DNA of 64,000 nt. It comes from Eledone cirrhosa. Lineage: Eukaryota. Location of the stretch: contig OZ024741.1 of assembly GCA_964016885.1 (NCBI GenBank), positions 223,510,001 through 223,574,000 of the forward strand, given 5' to 3'. Each line of letters starts with the position of its first letter. Within the stretch, counting starts at the first letter, position 1. This document shows positions 13,300 to 25,370 of this stretch, one piece after another. A program made the translations under genes and the position numbers. The notes below the pieces were generated by a model that saw nothing but the letters and a program-made list of their open reading frames with translations, was not told the DNA's origin and did no database searches.

Positions 13300-16067
13300 A
13301 GGGGTAGAGTGGGCCCTTGAGTTTAGTAAGACATCCTCTCTAGTGCTGGTGGCACAAATAAAAGCACCCAGTCCATGCTGTAAAGTGGCGCTGGTGTTAG
13401 GAAAGGCAGCCAGCCAGTGTATCAATGCCAAAACGCTTATCAGCACAGCAACAAATAGATAGGAACAACAACAAAATATGAAGACGTCGCATCTCAGAGT
13501 TGCAACACTTAATGTTGGCACTCTCAGAGGTAGATCTGCTGAAATAGCGGAGATGCTGGAGAAAAGGCATGTGGGTGTGTGCTGCGTGCAAGAGGTGAGA
13601 TGGAGAGGTGTCTCTGTGAGACTAGTCGTAGGCAAACATCTTAGCTATAAGCTTTTTCGGGTAGGTAAGGATGATGGGTTAGGGGGAGTAAGCATTTTCC
13701 TGGCTGAGAGATGGATCAATAAGACAATAGAGGTAGTTCGAGTTAGTAATCGAATAATTAAGCTTAGATTAGTTGTAGGCAGGAGGCTACTGACAATCAT
13801 CTCTGCCTATGCTCCCCAAGCAGGCCTAGGCAAAGATGAGAAAGACTGCTTTTACGAGCAACTTTTACAAACAGCCGCAATGACAGAGGACGGAGACATT
13901 GTTATGCTAGCAGGGAACTTCAATGGTCATGTTGGACAGCTCCAGGATGGTTACACTGGGGTACATGGTGGGCACGGTTACGGCTCAAGAAATGAAGAAG
14001 GAGTGAGACTTCTTAAATTTTGTGATGCAAGTACACTGACTATTTGCAACACTAACTTCCAGAAGCCTGCCAACCACCTAATAACCTACAAATCTGGCGA
14101 GCACATAAGCCAGATTGACTTCTTACTAGTTAGGCAGTGAAACAGGCAGATAGTGTCTAATACCAAGGCATACCCTGGGGAAGAATGTACCCCACAGCAT
14201 AGGTTAGTCGTTAGTAAGGTATATCTCAGTAAGCAAGAGATGGAATGAGACATACAGGAAGGTGTGGAGAAGAAAGGTTTGGAAGCTAAAAGACCTTTCA
14301 CTAAAATACAAATTTAGGAAAGCCCTTGAAGATGTGTATGACGAAAAAGAAGACGATTTAGAGACGTATAACATAGATAATAACTGGAATTTCTTACGTG
14401 ACAACTTACTGCAGGCTACTGATGAAACTTGTGGCTGGAGCAGAGCTCCAATCAGACAGAGAGTGACCTAGTGGTGGAACAGCACAGTAGATAAGGCCAT
14501 TAGAGACAAAAGACTAGCATGGAAGGCTTGGAAAAAGGGTGGGAGTAAGGAAGGCTATACAGCTGCTAAGAGAGAAACTAGACGTCAGGTGTACTTAGCA
14601 CGCAGGTAGGCTGAGAGTTGGAGGTTTGCCAATGTTCTGCGACGGGAAGATCAGATGTGTGCGGTGTTCCACATTGCAGTGTGTCAATTCAAATCAGGAT
14701 GTTGCTGGAGATAAATCTGTCCGGAATGATGCTGGTCTACTTAGTGTCACAAATGATCAGAAAAAGGAGGCCTGGAAATGTCATTATGAGAGACTGATGA
14801 ATGTGGAGAACGAATGGGAGAGAAAGAAATTACCCTCAGTAGATCCGACAGAGGGATCAGCTATTGAGATTGACGAATATAGGGTCCAAGAGGCGATTAA
14901 GAAAATGAAAAATGGTAAGGCTGCTGGACCATCGGGGATAGTTGCTGAGATGCTGAAGGCATCAGAAGTAGGCACTAAACTGGTTGCACGCATCATCAAT
15001 CAGGCTATATATGGTGGTGTCATACCCAAAGACTGGTGCAGCAGTATTCTCATAAATTGCTACAAAGGTAAAGGTGGTGCTCTGGAGAGGAGCAATTATA
15101 GGGGTATAAAACTGATGGATCAGGTTATGGAAGTGGCAGAAAGGATATTAGCACAACTAATTAGAGAAAGGGTCAAACGAGATGGGATGCAGTTTGGTTT
15201 TGCGCCTTGGAAGAGTACAACAGATGCCCTCTTCTTGGTGAGACAATTACAAGAGAGGTTCTTAGAGAAAAATAATCCATATACTTAGCCTTTGTTGACC
15301 TAGAGAAGGCCTTTGATAGGGTACCCCAATCTGTCATCTGGTGGTCCCTAAGGAAACTAGGTGTTGAGGATGGCTTATGAGGACAGTGCAAACTTTGTAC
15401 AGAGGTACTGTCAGTAAAGTCAGGGTAGGAATGGAGTTTAGTTAGGAATTCCAGATACAAGTAGGAGTACATGAAGGTTCGGTCCTCAGCCCGCTCTTGT
15501 TCATTATAGTCCTCCAAGCCATAACAAGACTGGCTGTCCATGGGAGCTTCTCTATGCTGATGATCTGGTTCTTATAGCAGAATCAGTAGAGGAGCTAGAG
15601 AATAAATTCTGGCTATAGAAACTGCAGTTGGAAGCAAGAGGAGTGAGAGTGAACCTAGCTAAGACAAAAGTGTTGATGAGTAGAAAAGAGGACAACACTC
15701 TGATTCCGTTAGGGAAATGGCCATGTTCGATATGCAGAAAAGGAACTGGCATAAATTCTATAAAATGCACACAATGCAGATCCTAGTTACACAAGAGATG
15801 TAGTGGGATAGCAGGCAAACTAACAGGTAGGGAGAAATACATATGCAGTAGATGTACAGGGGAATTAGACAGTAGAAGTCGCATTGATAGACACATTTTT
15901 CAAATGCAGGCGGGTGCTATAGAAGTGTGGATAGCTACCGGTACCTAGGAGATCAGATTAGCATGGGAGGGGGATGTTCCGAGGCCATAGTATCTAGAAT
16001 AAGGACGGGTTGGAAGAAGTTTAGGGAGCTGCTTCGTCTGCTGACGAAGAAGGGTTTCTCCCTGCGT
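13300..16067 (+). mobile_element. RTE-clade LINE, family B, intact 5' end, decayed, 3'-truncated
   Basis: ATG at 13478 starts an APE endonuclease (VATLNVGTL, CCVQEVRW, SAYAPQ, QIDFLL), followed by a frameshifted RT. The copy stops abruptly at 16067 where PLE-derived sequence begins. Confidence 0.92.
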
Positions 16068-16538
16068 AAAACAATTACACGCAAAGACAAAACCACGTTT
16101 ATGGTATAAATGAAGTCGTAGACTAATATTCTATTAGGTGGTTCATGGAAACGTTCTCTTGCAATGAACGTAAAAAAACGAAGATAATACGTCATATGTG
16201 GATCGATGAGAACAACTACACTCAAAGACAAATCCACATAAATGGTATAACTGAAGTCGAAGACTAAAATTCTATTTAGGAAACCGAATGATTCTCAGAT
16301 TCAGAGTTAAGAATAGAGTAAATAAAATGCAGAGGTAATAGAAATTAAATATATACATACACGCATCCAAATACGTACATACGCAAGCATACGCGAAAAC
16401 ACTCGCCATGGCTATGCAAATACAAGCACGTACACACACACAAAAAAAAACCCGCCCGCACATACAGAACCCACGCAACGCCTGTACCCGCACATATACG
16501 GACGTATACACCAAATACAGATAAAAATATATATATAA

Positions 16539-16578
<40 letters not shown>

Positions 16579-18303
16579 ACATAATTAAATAAACGTAGAT
16601 AAATATACACACATAAATACGTATATAACGCGCGCACACACATACCTGCATGTAAATACACATATGTTCGCGGACGTACGTCAACCAAAACACAAAGTAC
16701 ACATATACACACACCCTACATACTTACGAACCCGCATACTCACACAGACGCAAAACTCACGTATACACATAACCAAATGCACATGTACCAGAATATATAA
16801 TATATACGGCATAACATATACAAGCAAATATACGTACGAGAAAGTATACGTACCGTAACAAAACATACAGGTAATATATACTTGCCTATACAAATAAGTA
16901 ATGGTATAAACATAACATATACTTAGCTACTACATCAAGACGTAAAATCTCCGCGTATAGTTCGTACTGTCCATTAGGGTATAATGTGGGGCTGTAATAC
17001 AGGAAAGTTTTGTGCAATATATGTTTACAAGCCGAAATTGCCTCAGATTTTTTGTTTAAGATGTGGTCTTTGGTGTAGAGTATTTCCAGGGCCTCAGCGG
17101 CGCAGAGGTCACATGGTTTTTTATTTCCGTTATACGATGTAGCCTTAGCTAGGATCTCCCAGTGTAGCTTATATTGGGTGTGGTTGTCTTTTAGACTCCA
17201 GATATAAGCTGAAAGTGATGTCATATTCCTTCTTAAAGAGTTAAGAAAAGAATGGGTATGCATGTAAAGGCGCTGCTTGAATCTATTGGCGGTTAACCCT
17301 ATGTAGGCCCTATGGCCTTACATTTGTAGACAATGTTACTAGAGAGGCATTTCCCAGATAACCCGATTCCTACAATTACAGTTAGTACTAGAAACGGGGT
17401 TGCACGTGTTCCTACGGCTAGGTAATTTAGCTAAGATTTAAGCTGTGATGTTATGTGCAAGGTTAGGAGTCGTAGAGTAAGAAATTTTAATGGTATTTCT
17501 ATTAAAAATTTTACTATATTTATGTGCTGGGGAGAAATGCTTCATAATAAGGGAGAGAAAGATCTTAGCTAATGGTGTGGCCACCTCCATATTATATGGT
17601 GGGTTATACCATATAATGCGTCGGAATCTATTTTTCCTAGGTCTATTCTCGTACTCAGTATAAGCTACCTTGTCGACAAATCCACTCCGAGCAAGAGCTT
17701 CATTGTAATATGTGAAATGGTCGTTGAAAATATGCTCGTTTGTAGATAGACGTGAAAGCCTCAAAGAAACGTTTCTTACCAGGTTCTTGGTTATGCTGAC
17801 AGGATGGTTAGAGTGCTTACTTATGTAATTAAGCGTATCATACGGGTAGTGCAATTAGTCTACGGCTTTCTATACGGGTAGTGCAATTTGTCTACGACTT
17901 CAGTTATACCATTTACGTGGTTTTGTCTTTGCGTGTAATTGTTCTCACCGCTCCACATAATGACGTATTATCTTCGTTTTTTCCATTCATTGCCAGAGAA
18001 CGTCTCCATGAACCACCTAATAGAATATTAGTCTACGACTTCATTTATACTATAAACGTGGTTTTGTCTTTGCGTGTAATTGTTTCCACCGCACCAAATA
18101 ATGACATATTATCTTCGTTTTTTCTGTTCTTTGCCAGGGAATGTTTCCACGAACCAAAGCTTCATCTTTCTGTCTTCCTTCGGTTGCATCGTTTTTTGAA
18201 ATATTTACTTCTGCGTTCACAGATTGACTTTTTTAGTTTCAGAAGATCCTGTTAAGGGTGAAAGCAGCGATTCTTTGCTTAAACTTTAATCTGTTATTTT
18301 AGT
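16068..18303 (-). mobile_element. Penelope-like element fragment with an inverted 5' pseudo-LTR
   Basis: ORF 17438..17854 (SNHP...IIWYNPPY...KIFNRNTIKISYS) and GIY-YIG remnants (AYIGLTANRFKQR at ~17310-17270; CDLC..E in 16886..17263). 16068-16270 is the reverse complement of part of 17886-18303. Confidence 0.85.
18235..18285 (+). ncRNA. Hammerhead-like motif with a variant CAGAAGA core
   Basis: AGTTT-CAGAAGA-TCCT-GTTAA-GGGT-GAA-AGCA-(9 nt)-TGCT-T^-AAACT. Confidence 0.6.
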
Positions 18304-18304
18304 A

Positions 18305-18307
18305 AAT

Positions 18308-18394
<87 letters not shown>

Positions 18395-18421
18395 TATGTA
18401 TATATATATATAAATATGTAT

Positions 18422-18467
<46 letters not shown>

Positions 18468-18480
18468 GTATATATATATG
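18305..18480. repeat. (TA)n microsatellite; others at ~10965-11070, 19060-19305, 25110-25370 and 51970-52008
   Basis: Directly visible dinucleotide runs. Confidence 0.95.
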
Positions 18481-19050
18481 TAATAATAATAAATTTGAAG
18501 ACTAAAATCCAAAGAGGGCTCGATAAGGATAAATATATATCAAATATATAAGAACCGTAGAGCAAATATTTATTAAACTAACAGATTGAAGTTTAAGCAA
18601 AGAATCGCCGCTTACACCCTTAACGGGATCTTCTGAAACTAACAAAGTCAATCTGTAAACGCAGAAGTGAATATTTCAAAAAACGTTGCAACCGGAGGAA
18701 GACAGGAAGACGATACTTTGGTTCATGGTGACGTTCCCTGGCAAAGAACTGGAAAAAGCGAATATAATACGTCATTAATAGGAGCGGTGAAAAACAATTA
18801 CGCGCAAAGACAGAACCACGTTTATGGTATAAAAGAAGTCATAGACTAAGAGACGTTCTCTGGCAATGAACGGAAAAAACGAAGATAATATGTCATATGT
18901 GGATCGGGGAGAACAATTACACGCAAAGACAGTACCACGTAAATGGTAAGCTGAAGTCGTAGACTAAAATTCTAACAAGGAAACCAAATGATTCTCCGCT
19001 TCAGAGTTAAGAATAAAGTAAATAAAATACAATACAGAGGTAATTGATAT
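18481..19050 (-). mobile_element. Solo pseudo-LTR of the same PLE family
   Basis: Reverse complement of 17886-18303 and 51480-51970; bounded by (TA)n on both sides. Confidence 0.75.
18590..18640 (-). ncRNA. Hammerhead-like motif (CAGAAGA core) with GAAA mutated to GTAA
   Basis: Reverse complement of the 18235-18285 motif with a substitution in the conserved GAAA; probably inactive. Confidence 0.5.
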
Positions 19051-19069
19051 AGGTAAGTATATATGTATC

Positions 19070-19114
<45 letters not shown>

Positions 19115-19183
19115 GTATATATATATATGTATATATAGATGTGTATATATATATATATGTATATATATATGTATATGTATATA

Positions 19184-19226
<43 letters not shown>

Positions 19227-19274
19227 GTATATATATATATGTATATATATATGTGTATATATATATATATGTAT

Positions 19275-19304
<30 letters not shown>

Positions 19305-19306
<2 letters not shown>

Positions 19307-20128
19307 CATATACCTCTGGTTGGAGCGAGCAATAACTAAATCAAGTTATTGGGACAAGTAAAATAGGGTGAAGCGAGTGAGACATGTAAACAAACAAAGA
19401 TGGTATTGCAATGGAAAGATTGTCTCTTCCTATCTTTCTGTTGCAATACCATCTTTGTTTCTTTACATGTCTCGCTCGCTTCACGCTATTTTACTTGTCC
19501 CAATAACTTTATTTAGTTATTGCTCGCACCAACCAGAGGTATATGATTTTTAAAGCGATGAAATACCAATGAAGGTTGGAAGATCACTGATGAAGGACTG
19601 ATTTTATTCATATGTAACCCATGTGCAACCACGCAGCACTCCCTTTTTCTTATATTTATATTTTTCCTCAGCTGCGATTGTCTGTTTCTTTCTTACTGCT
19701 TCCCCTATCTCTGTATCTCTCACCTTCTTTTTACCCCCTCTGCCAGTCACACTCTCTCTCGGCCGGCCTCTTCCTCACACTTCCACTCACTCACTCTCTG
19801 CTCTCCCTCTCTCTCTCACTTCCTCCCGTTTGACCTGTGTGAAATCCTTTTCTCGCTCACATCTCACTCATGTCGGACGGTCTGTATCTCTCGTCCATGA
19901 ATTCACCAAGCTTAAGCTTAAAGATATCATGTACTTGTCTCTTCCTTTCTTTCCGTTGCAATACCATCTTTGTTTGTTTACATGTCTCGCTCGCTTCACG
20001 CTATTTTACTTGTCCCAATAACTTGATTTAGTTATTGCTCGCACCAACTAGAGGTATATGATTTTTAAAGCGATGAAATACCAATGAAGGTTGGAAGATC
20101 ACTGATGAAGGACTAATTTTATTCATAT
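19305..20128 (+). mobile_element. Non-coding element with ~194-bp direct repeats and an inverted 5' partial copy (non-autonomous PLE-like architecture)
   Basis: 19420-19613 recurs at 19935-20128 (period 515). 19305-19419 is the reverse complement of 19433-19547. Flanked by (TA)n. Confidence 0.65.
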
Positions 20129-20219
20129 ATATATATATGTATATATATAATCAAGGTTTAGCAAATAAGAAAAAGTTTCAAAATAAATTTTTAAAAATTA
20201 ACTTTACTCACTATGGTTA

Positions 20220-20303
20220 CCTTTACCGAATCGGTTTCGAGTCTCAAAAATAAATGGACAGTCCTTACGGCATCCATTGCAAAGATAAACTCTCGTCAGA
20301 AGG
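20220..20303 (-). ncRNA. Type I hammerhead ribozyme, copy 1
   Basis: CCTT-CTGACGA-GAGTTT...(extended hairpin ATGGATG-CC-GTAA-GG-AC-TGTCCAT)...AGACTC-GAA-ACCG-ATT-CGGT-A^-AAGG. Confidence 0.88.
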
Positions 20304-20702
20304 ATCTTTTCACTCGGAGAATATAAAATTCCTGAGTTCAAATTACGAACTGGCGCTATTCAAAATTGTTCCCGAGATGAGAATAAATGATGTGGGAGCA
20401 ATTCCTTCAAGTGCCGTGTGTAAAGATAGAAGCAAAGGCAGGGAGGTCAGTCTACTACCACTATAACTAGCAGCAGTCAGAACGACCAAATTTTTTTCTC
20501 AACCAAGAGGAGGATAATAATAAAGTATATATCCCTACACGCACAAAGCGCTTAGGGACACATGTATTGTCCAACCATATGCCAATGTGGTTCAATGGCA
20601 GGTTAATAAATTAACGAGCCAGAACATATATAATCAAGGTTTAGCAAATAAGAAAAAGTTTCAAAATAAATTTTAAAAAATTAACTTTACTCACTATGGT
20701 TA

Positions 20703-20786
20703 CCTTTACCGAATCGGTTTCGAGTCTCAAAAATAAATGGACAGTCCTTACGGCATCCATTGCAAAGATAAACTCTCGTCAGAAGG
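20703..20786 (-). ncRNA. Type I hammerhead ribozyme, copy 2
   Basis: Same sequence as 20220-20303, offset by 483 nt. Confidence 0.88.
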
Positions 20787-20875
20787 ATCTTTTCACTCGG
20801 AGAATATAAAATTCCCGAGTTCAAATTACGAACTGGCGCTATTCAAAATTGTTCCCGAGATGAGAATAAATGTAT

Positions 20876-23800
20876 ATAATAATAAAATTATTGTGTAAAG
20901 TGCTCAGGTGCACTACAACTCGTCAAAGGTGCAGTATAATAATAATAGTACATAGAATAATATACAAATGTCAGGGAAGTGAATAGTGTATGAGTCATGA
21001 TATACATGTGTGTATATGTATGGAGGGGGAACATTAGGTGTAGTGTTGGCGAATCTCGGGAAGCATGGAGGTTTTAAAGGATGCAGTGTCTCGACAGCTA
21101 ACGACTGATGCAGGTAGTTTGTTCCATGCTTCAGCAACTCTGAGCGTGACAAAATGTTTCCGAAAGTCATGAGAACTGTGCTGTTTTCTGACTTTGTGGG
21201 CATGCCCACGTTTGTTAGACACATGGAAATCAAAAAGGTACTCAGGGTTGTTGTTGGCAAGATGGTTAACAATTTTGTGGGTGTTTACTAAGTCAGTTGC
21301 CAGGCGTCGGAGCTTCAATGTATCCAAGCCCAGGGAAGCAAGGCGTTCAGAGTATGGTAGATACCTGATGGAGAGTATTCGCTTGGTTGCACGTCTCTGA
21401 ACAGTTTCCTGAGTTTTCTGAACAGTTTCCTGAGTTTTCTGAGCAAGATAGGGGTTCCAGACTGGTGATGCAAATTCTAAGTGTGGCCGCACCATAGCCA
21501 TTTACAGCCTTAAATAGATAGCTGGAGAGCGGCTGACAAAGGTTTTGCTGAGTGATGCTAAGACACCCTCGGCCCTCTTGACAATTTTAGAGACGTGCTT
21601 CGTCCAACATAAATCGCTGCTGACAGTAATGCCCAGGTCACGTTCACAGGAAGACTTCTTGATATTAGTGCTGTGGAGGGAGTATGTGAACGCTGGGTAT
21701 TTACTCCCAAAATGCATGGTGGTGTACTTGTCCACAGCTAGCTTGAGTTGCTAGTCTGTGGTCCATTGTTGCATTGTGTCCAGGTCAGATTGCAGGAAAG
21801 ATCTATAGTATTCAGGATCGGTCCTTTTTATCTCAAGGAACAGCTTGATGTCATCTGCATACTTCAGTACTGTGGCATTCTTTAAGTTGGCATCTATGTC
21901 ATTAATATATGCCACAAACAAAAGGGGGCCAAGAACAGATCCCTGTGGTACACCAGATGACATCTCATATGGTGAGAAATGCTGTCCCAGAACCGTGACT
22001 ACCTCTCAAAGTCAAGGTAAACAACATACACCCATGAGCCGCCATCAGTGATCCGGGTGATGTCTTCAAGCAACTCAATAAGTTGATCACAGTAGCTGGA
22101 GTTGGGGATAAATCCAAATTGCGAGGGCCGGATAAGACTGTGAGAGTTCCAGAAGTTCCAAAGTGTTTCTCTGACACAGGATTCCATCAGTTTGGCAATG
22201 CAACTAGTAAGACTGACAGGACGATAGTTCACAGGTGGTGTGCAGTCACCCTTTTTGAACAGAGGAATGACACTGGCAGTTTTCCACTGTTCTGGAGTAG
22301 CACTGTTGTTCAGACAGAATTGGAAGAAGCGTGATAACTGGTGCAGAAGGAAGTACCCACCATGTTTAAGAAGCAGGTACGTAACACCATCAAGACCAGG
22401 AGAGGCATGGTTGCGTTTATTTTTAAGGTGACGTTGCAGCATTGCAGGTGTAAATTCCATGGCTGTAATAGAATCCGGTGTCATAGGTGGTGCAGACGGT
22501 ACACTCTGGTCTTCAATAGTGAAAATGCCTGCATAGCATTCAGCAATGAGCTCTGCGCATTCCTTGGGGTCATCAGTAACCTGACTTGTGTGGGGATTGT
22601 GAAGAGGACCAACTGGAGAGTGAGGCCTCTGCTTTGAGTGAACATACTTCCAGAACACCTTACTGTCAGGGCTGGTTGCTATGCGCTGCTCAAATTGAAG
22701 CACTGCCTTTTTTGTCACCTGTTTGAGGTGGTTGGATGATTTATTTCGCCTCTTCCTATTGATATCTGATTTATGCAGTTTGTACTCACGTTCAGCATTA
22801 CGACGTTCTTTTCTGGCAAGACGGACTGCTGCAGTCTCCCAAATTGCACTTTTGGGATGTTTTTTCCGCTTACGTGGCACCGATGCTGCACATGCTGTCC
22901 ATATTGAGCTCAGGATGTTCAGGAGTAAAGTGTTGACATCTCCAGAGTCATAGAACTCAAGCCAGTTTGGAAGTTGCAACTCAGTGCAGTAACAGTTCCA
23001 GTCTGCTTTATTCCAGTCAAAGTGAGCAGTTTGGAGATGGTTGTGGTTCTTGTTACTGCCCATGAGGTATAGATTGGCAATGATCATAGCATGATCAGAG
23101 TCACCTAAAGGTTCTTCAATAGTAACACTAATGACCATTTCAGGAGTAGTCATGAAGAGTAGGTCCAAAGTGCTGTCACCTCTTGTTGGGGAGGTGACTA
23201 CTTGGGACCAATTCGAGTCCAGCACTAGCTCAAGGAAGTCATTTGCACTTGGCGACCAACGAAAGGTTCCCCAGTCAATCTCAGGGTGATTGAAGTCTCC
23301 TGCAATAAAAATATAGGTGGCTGTTTTCTTGGCAGCAGCTCTGAGGATATCACAAAGTTGAGTGTCCTGATGGTAATTTGGGGGACGGTAAATGACTCCA
23401 AGTAGCAGTGTTGACATGGTCATACGTATATCGCAGAAAAATACTTCCTGCAGTGATTGGTTCAAATCAAGACAAGGAATTGCCGACAAATTTGACCGAA
23501 CGTAGACCCTTACACCATCACCACGACGATTAATGCGGTCTTTACGAAACAAGTTGTAGCCAGTTATGCTGAAAATCCCATCACAGAGTAAGGAATGTGC
23601 CCAAGTTTCCGTGACTGTAATGAAGTCAGGGTTGATACTTTTGACGTAGGAGTCAAAAAGATGAATCTTATTGCATAGACTGCGTGCATTCAAGAACAAC
23701 AATTTGTACCTTGATTCCAGTCTATGATTATGTGCAGGGGATGGCAGGTTGTTCTGATTTAGTTTCCCAGAGTTTTTTCAGTTTTTTTATTGTCAGTTGT

Positions 23801-24803
23801 TGTGGGTACAGTGTTTTCAGACCAGCTGGTATCACTTTTCCATGTTTCACCAGCCTTAACAAACTTCTATATCTGCCCATCATCTCGTAGGCTGAAGCTT
23901 TCATGTTCTGCCGAGCTGCGGTTTAAGGAAGCTGCAGCACGCAACTTTGGGCGGACATCAGGTGGAAAACCAGGGCGTGTTCGGAAAGCAATCCGACTTT
24001 CACGCCTAGCTTTATCAGAGGCTACAAGGTATGAACGTGCCTCTGTTGAGTTCGAAAAAGACAGTCTAATTAGCCTGGATTTCAGGCCTGATCGGCCAAG
24101 GCGTAGAGCACCCTTTGCGAGAGCACAGCCCAAGTCTTTGGATGAACTGGCAGCAAATGCCTGAAGATCAACTATGTCTTCTGGTACACCAATGGCAATC
24201 ACTTGGTGGTTTGCAGATTCAGTGGCATTCTCAATGTATCTAGGTTCAACATAAGGTACGCAGAGATTTTTTAACAAGGCACTCCGGTGAGATCCCTCAT
24301 TGTGAGGTTCTACATGAACGCTTGATTTTATTCCCGCTATTTCCCGGCTTAAAGCGGAAATCATTTGCCGTATTTGCTCAAACTCCATATTGACGGTCGG
24401 TTTTTGTTGTTGTTCTTCTCCTTCAACAGGCATGGTAGGGGAAGACACAGTCGTCGGTTGTTGTTGTTGAAAAGTAACAGGGGGAGGAAGACATAGGTTG
24501 CTGTTGTTGATGAAGTCCTTCAACGGAGGTAGTAGCAGAAGCTACGGTCGTTGGTTTTGGGGTTTTGGGTTTTTGCTGTCATTCAGGAACAATGGTAGAG
24601 GAAGACACGATCTTTGGTTTTTGTTGTTGTTGTTCAGCAGCAATGGTAGAGGGAGACATACAGTCCAGGTACTGAAAGGACCAATTTGTTAGCTGGACCA
24701 TCTCCCTGAGTCCATCCATCATAGCAATATGATGTTTCTTGTTTTGGCCTGGGATCTTCCGGAAGCCTGTGGCGCATTGAAGGCAGACAGAGATGCGACA
24801 GGT
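20876..24803 (-). mobile_element. CR1-group LINE, near full length, with ORF1 and disrupted ORF2
   Basis: ORF1-like 23867..24523. ORF2 21999..23702 has an APE endonuclease (VTETW, GDFN, LDL, SDH) and the start of the RT (NYRPVSLTS). Further pieces give GVPQGSVLGP, YADD and VRPHLE..SPVWNP...RRATK...WNKLP, then a (TTA)n-like tail. Confidence 0.92.
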
Positions 24804-24858
24804 TATATATGTATATATACATACACATATATATACATGTATATACATATATATATAT

Positions 24859-24890
<32 letters not shown>

Positions 24891-25168
24891 TAGAGCAAAC
24901 ATCACGAGCACTCTATCTCAAAATTATTTTTGAAAAGCATTAGAAATGCGCAACCGGTAAAAACTTAAAACTAAAACTGAATACTAACCAATACTTATTA
25001 CTAATTTATACTTATTCCTAATTAAACTATTTTTCACTGGGAAAAATAGGTCACCATTTTCTTTTCCTTTTACTAATATATCACAACTTGTGTGTTACAC
25101 CTTTTTTTAAAATATATATATATATATACATATATACATATATTATATACATATATATATACATACAT

Positions 25169-25263
<95 letters not shown>

Positions 25264-25266
25264 CAT

Positions 25267-25359
<93 letters not shown>

Positions 25360-25370
25360 TATATATACAT

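Larger units (their letters stand above)
20143..20872 (-). mobile_element. Retrozyme-like or non-autonomous PLE unit: 247-bp direct repeats, each carrying a hammerhead
   Basis: 20143-20389 and 20626-20872 are nearly identical (period 483). No credible ORF. Confidence 0.75.

Noticed and set aside
18294-19361. YI/HT/VC-repeat ORFs here and at 5194-6044, 25073-25430 and 61783-62059
   Set aside because: Translations of (TA)n and (CA)n microsatellites.
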